Shown here piece after piece: positions 25,128 through 36,900 of a stretch of 64,000 nucleotides of DNA (position 1 is its first letter; the number at the start of each line of letters is the position of its first letter). The DNA lies in NCBI GenBank assembly GCA_964016885.1, contig OZ024758.1, positions 25,792,001-25,856,000 of the forward strand. The letters run 5' to 3'. The position numbers and the translations under genes were made by a program. Origin of the DNA: Eledone cirrhosa (taxonomy: Eukaryota). The notes below the pieces were generated by a model. That model was not told where the DNA came from, ran no database searches, and was given only the letters and a program-made list of their open reading frames with translations.

Positions 25128-25170
25128 AAATTGCTATGAACCACCTGAAATACAAATAAATAAATACAGT

Positions 25171-25570
25171 TTAACCCTTTAGCATTTACATTACTCTATA
25201 TTTACTATTGTATTTTCATGGTAAACATTTTATCTCACAAAATAACGAATCTATGAGATTTTGATATCATTTATTTTGAGAATACCTTAACATCAGTATG
25301 AGTGGTCAGTTAAAACCAATTTTAACAGGAAGAAGTGAGAGAATTCTGGCCAGATATGGCTGGTTTAACCCTTTAGTGTTCAAACCGGTCAAAATTCTCT
25401 ACCTCTTTCTGTTGAAACTGGCTGTAACTGGCCACTCATACTGATGTTAAGGTATTGTTCTCAAAATAAATACTTTCAAAATGTCATAGATTCGATATTA
25501 TGCGAGATAAAGCCTTTACCATGAAAATATAATAGAATATATAGAGTAATGTGAATGCTAAAGGGTTAAA
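25171..25570. mobile_element. Inverted pair of family 1 MITEs joined at a TTAA
   Basis: Minus copy at 25171-25368 and plus copy at 25366-25570. Confidence 0.75.
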
Positions 25571-25624
25571 TGTTAAAGGGTTAATAGAAAAAGAAAAAAA
25601 AAAAATTAGATTGAGAAGAATGGA

Positions 25625-25902
25625 ATGGAAAATATAGAGAAAAAAGGAGAAAAAAATCCAGAAAAGGGAGGGAATGGCAAGGGCTCTAGTGTGACATAAG
25701 AATGGGAGCGGTGGGAGAATGATTTGGCTCTGGGCCTCAGGCACAGCGGCAAAGGGGGCTACGCCCAGCAGACAAGACTACCAAAGCATTCCCACGGACA
25801 TTGGGCCAGGGACACCCGCCCCCACCTTGTGGGTCTCCTTCCTCAGATGGGCCGTCAACGTTCCGATCTTGCAGAGGAGCTCGACTGTACGGGGTCAATT
25901 GT
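25625..25902. repeat. Unclassified GC-rich dispersed repeat (related copy at ~48480-48650)
   Basis: Both copies share GATGGCAAG(G/A)GCTCT(A/G)GTGT...GACAAGAC...AAAGCATTCCC. Confidence 0.55.
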
Positions 25903-26151
25903 ATTAAAACTGATAGTATATTGAAAATTAGGTAGTACCATGTGCTTATGCCGTATTTGACTAAAAAGAATTAGTCTATCGGTTGGGATTTTAAAAAAAC
26001 CTCTGAATGGAAAAAAAGGATGAATATTGACATACATTGGATACAGATTTACATCTTTGGTTTTCCGGACCAATGTGTTACCATTACACCAGCACACCAG
26101 CCACGCTTCCCTCCATTCAATTAGAAACTATATAACCATAGCAGGTACATA

Positions 26152-26498
26152 TCATCATCATCATTTTACGTCCGCTTTTCCCTGCTTGCAAGGGTGGGAC
26201 GGGAACTGATTCTGGCTTGTTTTCGACAGCTGGATGCCCTTCCTAACACCAACCTCATTTACAGTGAGTGCTGGGTGCCTTTTTCCATAGCGCCTACACG
26301 TCCACTTTACAGTGCGGGCACCTCCACGACCACTTTGCAGTGGAATGATAGGGACCCCAGTCCCTATCATCTCATTTCTACAGCTGAGTAAACTGGGGCA
26401 ATGTGAAATAAAGTTTCTTGCTCAAGGAAACAACACATCACCCGGTCACAACCTTTCGATTGCAAGGCCAATGCTCTAACCACTAAGCCATGTGCCTC
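26152..26498 (-). mobile_element. SINE family A with the B box deleted
   Basis: The junction CACCCGGTCACAACC lacks the TGAGAATTGAACT segment. Confidence 0.85.
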
Positions 26499-26518
26499 CA
26501 TATATATATATATATATA

Positions 26519-26670
26519 TAACGAAGGAAATGTGGTAAGGAACCAGGTGGACCATAACGCACCAAAGTACTCAATACTTGAGGTAGTAGAGTGGGTAATA
26601 GGAACCAGTAAGACCCCGACAGCTGAGCTCAAGCCGTTTCGACAGCTCAGCTGTCGGGGTCTTACTGGTT

Positions 26671-26674
<4 letters not shown>
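26519..26674 (-). mobile_element. Penelope-like fold-back insert (same family as 21887)
   Basis: Arms at 26599-26629 and 26644-26674. The minus strand reads GAAA-cggc ttgagctca gctg-TC. Flanked by (TA)n. Confidence 0.65.
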
Positions 26675-26727
<53 letters not shown>

Positions 26728-26774
26728 AAAGGATAACAAGGACGATTGATTACTCCTTCATTGCATTTATTGAT

Positions 26775-26861
26775 AGGTGACGCGCATTTCGCCACTGATC
26801 AGCTCAAGGTTCGATCTGTATCGATCCTACGCGACTCAATAATCGGCGGCTCGACGGACCC
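26775..26861 (-). ncRNA. Hammerhead-like fold with variant core
   Basis: gggt-CCGTCGA-gccgc...gtggc-GAAA-tgcgcg-TC-acct followed by AATAAA. The core differs from CUGANGA at two positions. Confidence 0.45.
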
Positions 26862-26990
26862 TTTTAAAATGCTATAAGAAAATGAAATACATGCTATGTG
26901 GTAAAGTCAGAGTTTCAAGAGTTTGACAAAATGAGTTGTTTTACACCCCCTGGATAGAGAGAGAGAGAGAGAGAGGGAGAGAGAGGGAGA

Positions 26991-27042
<52 letters not shown>

Positions 27043-27051
<9 letters not shown>

Positions 27052-27448
27052 GAAGCAGGCTTTGTTTATAAATGGCTAGCGGATTTGAAAATTAGGTAGT
27101 AACATGCGCTTACATTATATCTGACCAAATAGAATTAGTTTGTTAGTTGGGATTTAAAAAAACCCTCTAAACGGAAAAAAGGACGAGTATTGATGTACAT
27201 AGGGACATGAACCCACATGGAGGGAAGCATGGGACGCGTGCTGGTGTAATAGTAACACATTGTTCCGGAAAACGTGGGTTTATGTCTGATGTGCGTCAAT
27301 ATTCATCTTTTTTCCCCATTCAGAGGGTTTTTTTAAATCCCAACTAGCAGACTAATTCTATTTAGTCAAATACAGCGTAAGCACATGTTACTACCTAACT
27401 TTCAAATTCGCTAGCCATTTGTAAATAAAGCCTGCTTCATGTCTCCCT
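27043..27448. mobile_element. MITE with ~170-bp terminal inverted repeats
   Basis: GAGACACGAAGCAGGC...GCCTGCTTCATGTCTCCC. Partial copies at 25920-26115 and 32455-32570. Confidence 0.75.
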
Positions 27449-27741
27449 ATTTATATACATAATACTATATTGTATTAATTTTAGTGTAACATAGATTGAC
27501 TATTTTTAGTGCAACATAAACTGGATAGTTTTTGTGTATCAAAGACCGATGCTGTAACCTTATACAAAAAAAGCTTCACAGAATCACTTTACTAGAAAAG
27601 AGATAGAAAAAGATCTACTAATTTATTACAAAACAAATCAAAGATATTAAAATATCCAAAAAAATCTCCTCCAGGTGTATATATACTTACTTGTGTATAT
27701 ATATATGTGGGTATGTATATATATATATACACACACACACA

Positions 27742-28278
27742 TGTCGGGTCACTCTTGAGTGCTACTGGCAACATGTAAGCCAGTACAACCTGTCGCATGG
27801 TCGGGTCATCGGCGACTAAACCGGCAACCCCACCAAGTTTACTTGGTGATGAAGGTGACTTTGGACACCCTGCAGGACAATAAACAAAACCTTACAAAGG
27901 GCGGAAGAACTCATAAGAGTCAACGGCCATCCAAAAGTGTGTAAATATGTATATACACATGTACCGCGCGGTTAAACCACTGTGAGTGAAGGGCCCCTAG
28001 CCTTTGTCAGGGCATTCTTCTAGGAGAAGGCAACTCAGGAAACTGGAATAACTCCGATATAAAACCTGCGGCTCAGTAATTACCAATGATGTTGATCTTT
28101 TCTTCTTTTCGGGTTATAGCTACTGTCGCTCAAAGAGTGGGATTGGCTCAGTGCACAGTCTTTCCTCACTTTAAAACATATCTTCACACACAGGCATTGC
28201 ATGATAGAATTAATTAATAATTATTAATAATGGTATATCGTGCAATGGCCATACTCGATAACGAGGGGGCAGCCATCA
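27742..28278 (+). mobile_element. Second copy of the structured element at 10697
   Basis: Colinear similarity to 10697-11325. Confidence 0.55.
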
Positions 28279-28296
28279 TATATGTATATATATATA

Positions 28297-28800
28297 AGGA
28301 TTCGTGCTCTGAAATAGCGATGTATACATGAATGTATGTATAGTATATTTGGCAATATACCGTATGTTTAATTAAAAATATTTTGAAGACCTTGCGCTAT
28401 CATTTTTAAAGTAGTGACTATGTCACTTACTTCTTTTTTTGGCAAAAGAAGGGAGAGAAGCTGACAGATTCTGTTTCACACTGTTGGTGATCCTCAGAGC
28501 AACGTACTCCCCGCCCCTGCCGAAAATTATAGAGGCTGGATTCTTATAGAATTCCAGGAATAATCAGGAACTGATTATACAGAGCGATTGCCAGTCCAGC
28601 AAAAATTACAAATTAGGATTGGTGCTCTGAAATAGTGATGTATACATGAATGTATGTATAGCATATTTGGATGATTTACCGTATGTTTAATTAAAATAGA
28701 AGTGACATAGTCACTTCTTTAAAAATGATAGCGCAAGGCCTTCAAAATGTTTTTAATTAAACATACGGTATGTTGCCAAATATACTATACATACATTCAT
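28297..28800 (-). mobile_element. Penelope pseudo-LTR or retrozyme-like unit (direct plus inverted repeats around a hammerhead)
   Basis: Direct repeats at ~28297-28378 and ~28615-28697 (period ~318 bp). 28700-28800 is an inverted copy of ~28328-28428. Flanked by (TA)n. Confidence 0.65.
28460..28500 (-). ncRNA. Minimal type I hammerhead ribozyme motif
   Basis: gct-CTGAGGA-t cac caaca gtg t-GAAA-cag aat ctg-TC-agc. Core complete with a GUC triplet. Confidence 0.7.
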
Positions 28801-28852
28801 ATATATATATATATATAATATAAGATCAAAAGATGGTTAAAGGAGTTCCATA

Positions 28853-28923
28853 TATTTTATTATGCGCATTTCAAAAACAAACATCATCATGCAATAATAT
28901 TTGTGTTTTCATCAGATAAAACA
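28853..28923 (-). ncRNA. Type I hammerhead motif (inverted copy of 29041-29111)
   Basis: Reverse complement of the plus-arm motif. Confidence 0.7.
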
Positions 28924-29040
28924 GGAGAACATGATATGAAGGCTAAAAAACACTTGTGGATAGTGCAGTTTTAAATCAACATATGTTGATTTAAAACTGC
29001 ACTATCCACAAGTGTTTTTTAGCCTTCATATCATGTTCTC

Positions 29041-29111
29041 TGTTTTATCTGATGAAAACACAAATATTATTGCATGATGATGTTTGTTTTTGAAATGCGC
29101 ATAATAAAATA
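29041..29111 (+). ncRNA. Type I hammerhead ribozyme motif
   Basis: tgttttat-CTGATGA-[long stem II]-GAAA-tgcgca-TA-ataaaata. Stem I is 8 bp, stem III is the palindrome ATGCGCAT, and the triplet is AUA. Confidence 0.8.
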
Positions 29112-29313
29112 TATGGAACTCCTTTAACCATCTTTTGATCTTATATTATGCATACTCCAGTCCCACAAACTGTAGAGTGCTTCTTATCCGATATCTGCAT
29201 TGCTTTATTGTACTACAATAAAACTCACCTCCTACATATATATATATATATATATTTAAAACTACCATGACTGAATCTTAACCATCTATGTCAAGGTATA
29301 TCATGCATCATCT

Positions 29314-29380
29314 TATTTTATCTGATGAGGACGTACTGTTGAACTTAACTCAGTACCTCTGAAATATGTATAATAAAATA
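29314..29380 (+). ncRNA. Type I hammerhead ribozyme motif
   Basis: tattttat-CTGATGA-ggac gtactg ttgaacttaact cagtac ctct-GAAA-tatgta-TA-ataaaata. Stem I is 8 bp and stem III is near-palindromic. Confidence 0.75.
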
Positions 29381-29569
29381 TACTTGATCACAAGAATATC
29401 TATTTTGTTAATATTTTGAATTAATATATATATCATCATCATCATCATCGTTTAACATCCATATTCCACGCTTGCATGGGTTTGGACGGGAGTTTTCCCA
29501 CTTGAGGCAAGAGTGGTTGTCTTGCTCGCATAGGACTGTCTGGTGGGTTTTCATATATATATATATAAA

Positions 29570-31281
29570 CGTTGGCTGAAATTTTCATAGGCTGACTATG
29601 AAGGAGTGATGCTAGGGTTGTGAAATCTTGCATGCATTAATTTCAACTCTTCTTAATTGTTTCTTTCCAAGGACTATGTTGAAAAATAAACCTCATTCGG
29701 TCATTCCATGAGAGTAATTTGGTCAACCTATAAACTTTTCAGCCATACCCTTGTATGTGTGTGTATATGTATATATATATGAGAATAGGCAGAAAAGTCC
29801 ATAGGCTGACTATGGAGGATTGATGCTAGAGATGTGAAATCTTGCATGGATTAATTTCAACTCTTCTTATTAATAACTGCATTGTTTCTTTCCAGGGACT
29901 ATGTTGGAAATTAAACCTCATTCGATCATCCCATGAGAGTATCTTGGTCAGCCTATGAAGGAGGGATGCTAGAGCTGTGAAATCTTGCATGGATTAATTT
30001 CAACTCTTCTTATTAATAACTGCATTGTTTCTTTCCAGGGACTATGTTGGAAATTAAACTTCATTCCATCATTCCATGAGAGTATCTTGGTCAGCCTATG
30101 AAGGAGGGATGCTAGAGCTGTGAAATCTTGCATGGATTAATTTCAACTCTTCCTATTAATAACTGCATTGTTTCTTTCCAGGGACTATTTTGGAAATTAA
30201 ACCTCATTCGATCATTCCATGAGAGTATCTTGGTCAGCCTATGAAGGAGGGATGCTAGAGCTGTGAAATCTTGCATGCATTAATTTCAACTCTTCTTATT
30301 AATAACTGCATTGTTTCTTTCCAGGGACTATGTTGGAAATTAAACTTCATTCGATCATTCCATGAGAGTATCTTGGTCAGCCTATGAAGGAGGGATGCTA
30401 GAGCTGTGAAATCTTGCATGCATTAATTTCAACTCTTCTTATTAATAACTGCATTGTTTCTTTCCAGGGACTATGTTGGAAATTAAACTTCATTCCATCA
30501 TTCCATGAGAGTATCTTGGTCAGCCTATGAAGGAGGGATGCTAGAGCTGTGAAATCTTGCATGGATTAATTTCAACTCTTCCTATTAATAACTGCATTGT
30601 TTCTTTCCAGGGACTATTTTGGAAATTAAACCTCATTCGATCATTCCATGAGAGTATCTTGGTCAGCCTATGAAGGAGGGATGCTAGAGCTGTGAAATCT
30701 TGCATGCATTAATTTCAACTCTTCTTATTAATAACTGCATTGTTTCTTTCCAGGGACTATGTTGGAAATTAAACTTCATTCGATCATTCCATGAGAGTAT
30801 CTTGGTCAGCCTATGAAGGAGGGATGCTAGAGCTGTGAAATCTTGCATGCATTAATTTCAACTCTTCTTATTAATAACTGCATTGTTTCTTTCCAGGGAC
30901 TATGTTGGAAATTAAACCTCATTCGATCATTCCATGAGAGTATCTTGGTCAGCCTATGAAGGAGGGATGCTAGAGCTGTGAAATCTTGCATGGATTAATT
31001 TCAACTCTTCTTATTAATAACTGCATTGTTTCTTTCCAGGGACTATGTTGGAAATTAAACCTCATTCGATCATTCCATGAGAGTATCTTGGTCAGCCTAT
31101 GAAGGAGGGATGCTAGAGCTGTGAAATCTTGCATGCATTAATTTCAACTCTTCTTATTAATAACTGCATTGTTTCTTTCCAGGGACTATGTTGGAAATTA
31201 AACCTCATTCCATCATTCCATGAGAGTATCTTGGTCAGCCTATGGACTTTTTAGCCTATGAACTTTTCAGCTGACCCTCAT
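29570..31281 (+). repeat. 143-bp satellite (~10 units) inside a mariner-derived MITE, preceded by a single-unit MITE copy
   Basis: Period 143 (29965, 30108, 30251...). TIR-like ends GAAAAGTCCATAGGCTGAC and CCTATGAACTTTTCAGCTGACCCTCATA. Confidence 0.9.
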
Positions 31282-31529
31282 ACATGTAAGGGATGTATAG
31301 GCAAATGTGCACATGACTATTGCAAACATAAGTATATATGCGGGTTCCTCTATGTATATATGTGTGCACATGTATACACATTAAATATGTTGTTGTTGTT
31401 ATTGTTGTGTAGTTATAACAGTAGCCTAACTCTAGCAGACCTTCTCATGTCTAACCTACAACAATTTATGTTGAGAAAGAGCTGCTGTTCTAAAATAGAA
31501 AAGGACAATTGCAAAGCTGTCAGATTTAG

Positions 31530-31995
31530 TGAAATGTCATTCATTCAGCTCCATTGCTCTCGCGTGGGACATAGGCCATTGACGAACACCCCCCCCCCCC
31601 TCCACACACACCATTGTACATGACCCTGGACTGCTCTCACCAGTCCATTTCCAGTTGTCCTCCGGTTTTCTTAATTCAGCCTCAGTGTCACGCTTCCAGG
31701 TGCCGCAGGGTCAGCCTCTCTTCTTCTCACCCTGCGAGTTCCAGGCCAGGACTTGGTGTGTGGTGTAAGATGCTGGTTTCCTGAGGGTTTGTCTGTCCAA
31801 TCCAGCTCCACTTCTTCCACAGAATCTGCTTTGCCAGTGGCTCCTGTCCCGCTCACTCCCACAGATCTCCGTTTCTCATCTTCTCCAACATGAAGGCTGT
31901 ACAGATATGAAACTTGGAGGACAACAAAAAAGATGCAGCAGAACATCCAGACAATCTCCAACACCCACGCCTGGTCCTTTGAAATCTTTTCCACC
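31530..31995 (-). mobile_element. Degenerate RTE-clade LINE 3' fragment
   Basis: Frameshifted remnants of a WIGHTLRK...WNPQGKRKRGRP-type C-terminus. Confidence 0.65.
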
Positions 31996-32079
31996 ATCAA
32001 TTGTTAAAAAACAAGTTAAAATCATTTAGTCGTCCATTCGTAGTGTACATTACACCTTAGTTACATACACACACACACA

Positions 32080-32820
32080 TCATCATCATCACCGTTTTAC
32101 GTCCATTCTTCCACGCTAGCATGAGTTAGACGGGTTGTCCTGTTGTGGGCAGTAGCCAGTCGGCTACGGAACTGATACGGAACTGATACGGGAACTGATG
32201 CTGGCTTGATTTCTACAGCTGGATGCCCTTCCTAACACCAACCTCATTTACAGTGAGTGCTGGGTGCTTTTTTCCGTGGCGCCTACACGTCCACTTTGCA
32301 GTGGAATGATAGGGACCCCAGTCCTATCATCTCATTTCTACAGCTGAGTAAACTGGAGCAATGTGAAATAAAGTCTCTTGCTCAAGGAAACAACACATTA
32401 CCCGGTCTGAGAATTGAACTCACAACTTTTCGATTGCAAGGCCAATGCCCTAACCTCTGAATGGAAAAAAAGGATGAATATTGACATACATTGGATACAG
32501 ATTTACATCTTTGGTTTTCCGGACCAATGTGTTACCATTACACCAGCACACCAGCCACGCTTCCCTCCATTCAATTAGAAACTATATAACCATAGCAGGT
32601 ACATATCATCATCATCATTTTACGTCCACTTTTCCCTGCTTGCAAGGGTGGGACGGGAACTGATTCTGGCTTGATTTCTACAGCTGGATGCCCTTCCTAA
32701 CACCAACCTCATTTACAGTGAGTACTGGGTGCTTTTTTTCCGTGGCGCCTACATGACCACTTTACAGTGTGGACTGTGTGCTTTTCTGTCGTGACACCTC
32801 CACGACCACTTTGTAGTGGA
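32080..32820 (-). mobile_element. Composite of SINE A, a duplicated block from 25997-26300, and a truncated SINE A
   Basis: ORF 32481-32663 is nearly identical to ORF 26027-26209. The junction GCCCTAACC|TCTGAATGG has AACC microhomology. Confidence 0.8.
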
Positions 32821-33957
32821 AGGGGGTGGGGGCATATTGTCTAAATGCTTCAGCTTCAGCTTGTACCCATGGGAAGTCAGGTCTTCTACATGTAAAAACA
32901 TAAACAGAAACTGTAACAGAAGGAAGGGGCTGGTGAAACGCTATTATAGCGATGTGTGTTGTATCCCTTTAGGGTTTACCAGCTACATAGCCTATTTGAT
33001 TTATCTTTATATGGAAAACTGATTTAAGAGTTGATGGAAATATCCAATTTGCACTTTTTTTTTATTGGATACTGTGCAAACTTGTTGTTGTTGTAATTCA
33101 TACTGTCACAGATAATTAACACTTTTGATACCAAATCACATGACACTGCCATTGGGCCTATGATACAAAACTATTTGTTTTCAAATGTCCATATTTATCT
33201 AAACACCGTCTAACATAATTTTATGTAAGAACCTCTAATGCCAGACAAATAATGAAAAAGTTATTTATATTACTAAATCCCTCCAAATTCTTGATTATTT
33301 GAAAATCCTAAGCAGTGTCTTTCATTAGAAATATGGTAACAAAAGGTGTAAGACACTGCTTGTCAATACTCCCATAAACCGGCCCTGGTCCTATGATACA
33401 AAACTGTTTAATATTTATCTAAAAGCCTTCCTTCATAATTTTATGTAAGAAACTTTTTTAAGTTATGCTCCGAACACCAGTTAAAAAATGAGAAAATAGA
33501 TTGAGTGGCTCATTGACCAGCTAGAAACAGCAGGTAAATCTCCCTTATAGGCTTAAAAAAGACATATATTATATTATCCCTCTAATCGATCAACAAGATC
33601 CCAGACCTCATTCGCTTGCCAAGACCTCGTTAAATCGAACCAAGGAAACAATGTTTCCATTGGTCTTTCCATTGTTGAATACTATCTATCAGTTACAACT
33701 CCTGGTAGCAGGAGCTATGTCAAATAAAGTGCCTTGCTCAAGGTCATAACGTATCACCCGGTCCAAGAATTGAACTTGCAACCTCACAATTGCAATCTAA
33801 TTCTCTAACCATTAACCCTTTAGCATTTACATTACTCTATATAAAGTATTGTATTTTCACAGTAAAAGCTTTCTTACATAATTATCTCACATAATATCGA
33901 ATCTATGAGATTTTGATATTATTTATGTTGAGAACAATACCTTAATGTCGGTATGAA

Positions 33958-36900
33958 GATAAATAGCAGATAAATCTACCTTATTGGCTTAGAAAAGGTA
34001 TATTCAGCTAGAAATAGCAGATAAATCTACCTTATTGGCTTAGAAAAGGTATATTCAGCTAGAAATAGCAGATAAATCTACCTTATTGGCTTACAAAAGG
34101 TATATTCAGTTAGAAATAGCAGATAAATCTACCTTATTGGCTTACAAAAGGTATATTCAGCTAGAAATAGCAGACAAATCTACCTTATTGGCTTACAAAA
34201 GGTATATTCAGCTCGAAATGGCAGATAAATCTACCTTATTGGCTTACAAAAGACATATTCAGCTCGAAATGGCAGATAAATCTACCTTATTGGCTTACAA
34301 AAGACATATTCAGCTAGAAATAGCAGATAAATCTACCTTATTGGCTTACAAAAGACATATTCAGCTCGAAATGGCAGATAAATCTACCTTATTGGCTTAC
34401 AAAAGACATATTCAGCTCGAAATGGCAGATAAATCTACCTTATTGGCTTACAAAAGACATATTCAGCTAGAAATAGCAGATAAATCTACCTTATTGGCTT
34501 ACGAAAGGTATATTCAGCTAGAAATAGCAGACAAATCTACCTTATTGGCTTACAAAAGGCATATTCAGCTAGAAATAGCAGATAAATCTACCTTATTGGC
34601 TTACAAAAGGCATATTCAGCTAGAAATGGCAGATAAATCTACCTTATTGGCTTAAAAAAGGTATATTCAGCTCGAAATAGCAGATAAATCTACCTTATTG
34701 GCTTACAAAAGACATATTCAGCTAGAAATAGCAGATAAATCTACCCTATTGGCTTACAAAAGACATATTCAGCTAGAAATGGCAGATAAATCTACCTTAT
34801 TGGCTTAAAAAAGGTATATTCAGCTCGAAATAGCAGATAAATCTACCTTATTGGCTTACAAAAGACATATTCAGCTAGAAATAGCAGGTAAATCTACCTT
34901 ATTGGCTTACAAAAGACATATTCAGCTCGAAATGGCAGATAAATCTACCTTATTGGCTTACAAAAGACATATTCAGCTAGAAATGGCAGATAAATCTACC
35001 TTATTGGCTTACAAAAGGTATATTCAGCTAGAAATGGCAGATAAATCTACCTTATTGGCTTACAAAAGGTATATTCAGTTAGAAATAGCAGATAAATCTA
35101 CCTTATTGGCTTACAAAAGACATATTCAGCTCGAAATGGCAGATAAATCTACCTTATTGGCTTACAAAAGGTATATTCAGCTAGAAATGGCAGATAAATC
35201 TACCTTATTGGCTTACAAAAGGTATATTCAGTTAGAAATAGCAGATAAATCTACCTTATTGGCTTAAAAAAGGTATATTCAGTTAGAAATGGCAGATAAA
35301 TCTACCTTATTGGCTTACAAAAGACATATTCAGCTCGAAATGGCAGATAAATCTACCTTATTGGCTTACAAAAGGTATATTCAGCTAGAAATGGCAGATA
35401 AATCTACCTTATTGGCTTACAAAAGGTATATTCAGCTAGAAATGGCAGATAAATCTACCTTATTGGCTTACAAAAGGTATATTCAGCTAGAAATAGCAGA
35501 TAAATCTACCTTATTGGCTTACAAAAGACATATTCAGCTAGAAATAGCAGATAAATCTACCTTATTGGCTTACAAAAGACATATTCAGCTAGAAATGGCA
35601 GATAAATCTACCTTATTGGCTTACAAAAGACATATTCAGCTAGAAATGGCAGATAAATCTACCTTATTGGCTTACAAAAGGTATATTCAGCTAGAAATAG
35701 CAGATAAATCTACCTTATTGGCTTACAAAAGGTATATTCAGCTAGAAATAGCAGATAAATCTACCTTATTGGCTTACAAAAGACATATTCAGCTAGAAAT
35801 AGCAGATAAATCTACCTTATTGGCTTACAAAAGACATATTCAGCTAGAAATGGCAGATAAATCTACCTTATTGGCTTACAAAAGACATATTCAGCTAGAA
35901 ATGGCAGATAAATCTACCTTATTGGCTTACAAAAGGTATATTCAGCTAGAAATAGCAGATAAATCTACCTTATTGGCTTACAAAAGGTATATTCAGCTAG
36001 AAATAGCAGATAAATCTACCTTATTGGCTTACAAAAGACATATTCAGCTAGAAATAGCAGATAAATCTACCTTATTGGCTTACAAAAGACATATTCAGCT
36101 AGAAATGGCAGATAAATCTACCTTATTGGCTTACAAAAGACATATTCAGCTAGAAATGGCAGATAAATTTACCTTATTGGCTTACAAAAGACATATTCAG
36201 CTAGAAATGGCAGATAAATCTACCTTATTGGCTTACAAAAGACATATTCAGCTAGAAATGGCAGATAAATCTACCTTATTGGCTTACAAAAGGTATATTC
36301 AGCTAGAAATAGCAGATAAATCTACCTTATTGGCTTACAAAAGGTATATTCAGCTAGAAATGGCAGATAAATCTACCTTATTGGCTTAAAAAAGGTATAT
36401 TCAGTTAGAAATGGCAGATAAATCTACCTTATTGGCTTACAAAAGGTATATTCAGCTAGAAATAGCAGATAAATCTACCTTATTGGCTTACAAAAGACAT
36501 ATTCAGCTAGAAATAGCAGATAAATCTACCTTATTGGCTTACAAAAGACATATTCAGCTAGAAATGGCAGATAAATCTACCTTATTGGCTTACAAAAGAC
36601 ATATTCAGCTAGAAATGGCAGATAAATCTACCTTATTGGCTTACAAAAGGTATATTCAGCTAGAAATAGCAGATAAATCTACCTTATTGGCTTAAAAAAG
36701 GTATATTCAGCTAGAAATAGCAGATAAATCTACCTTATTGGCTTAAAAAAGGTATATTCAGTTAGAAATGGCAGATAAATCTAGCTTATTGGCTTACAAA
36801 AGGTATATTCAGCTAGAAATAGCAGATAAATCTACCTTATTGGCTTACAAAAGGTATATTCAGCTAGAAATAGCAGATAAATCTACCTTATTGGCTTAAA

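Larger units (their letters stand above)
28816..29235 (+). mobile_element. Penelope-like fold-back insert with ~165-bp arms and no loop
   Basis: Palindrome centred on CAACAT|ATGTTG (28982/28983) with a single 1-nt indel, followed by a unique tail containing AATAAA. Confidence 0.75.
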
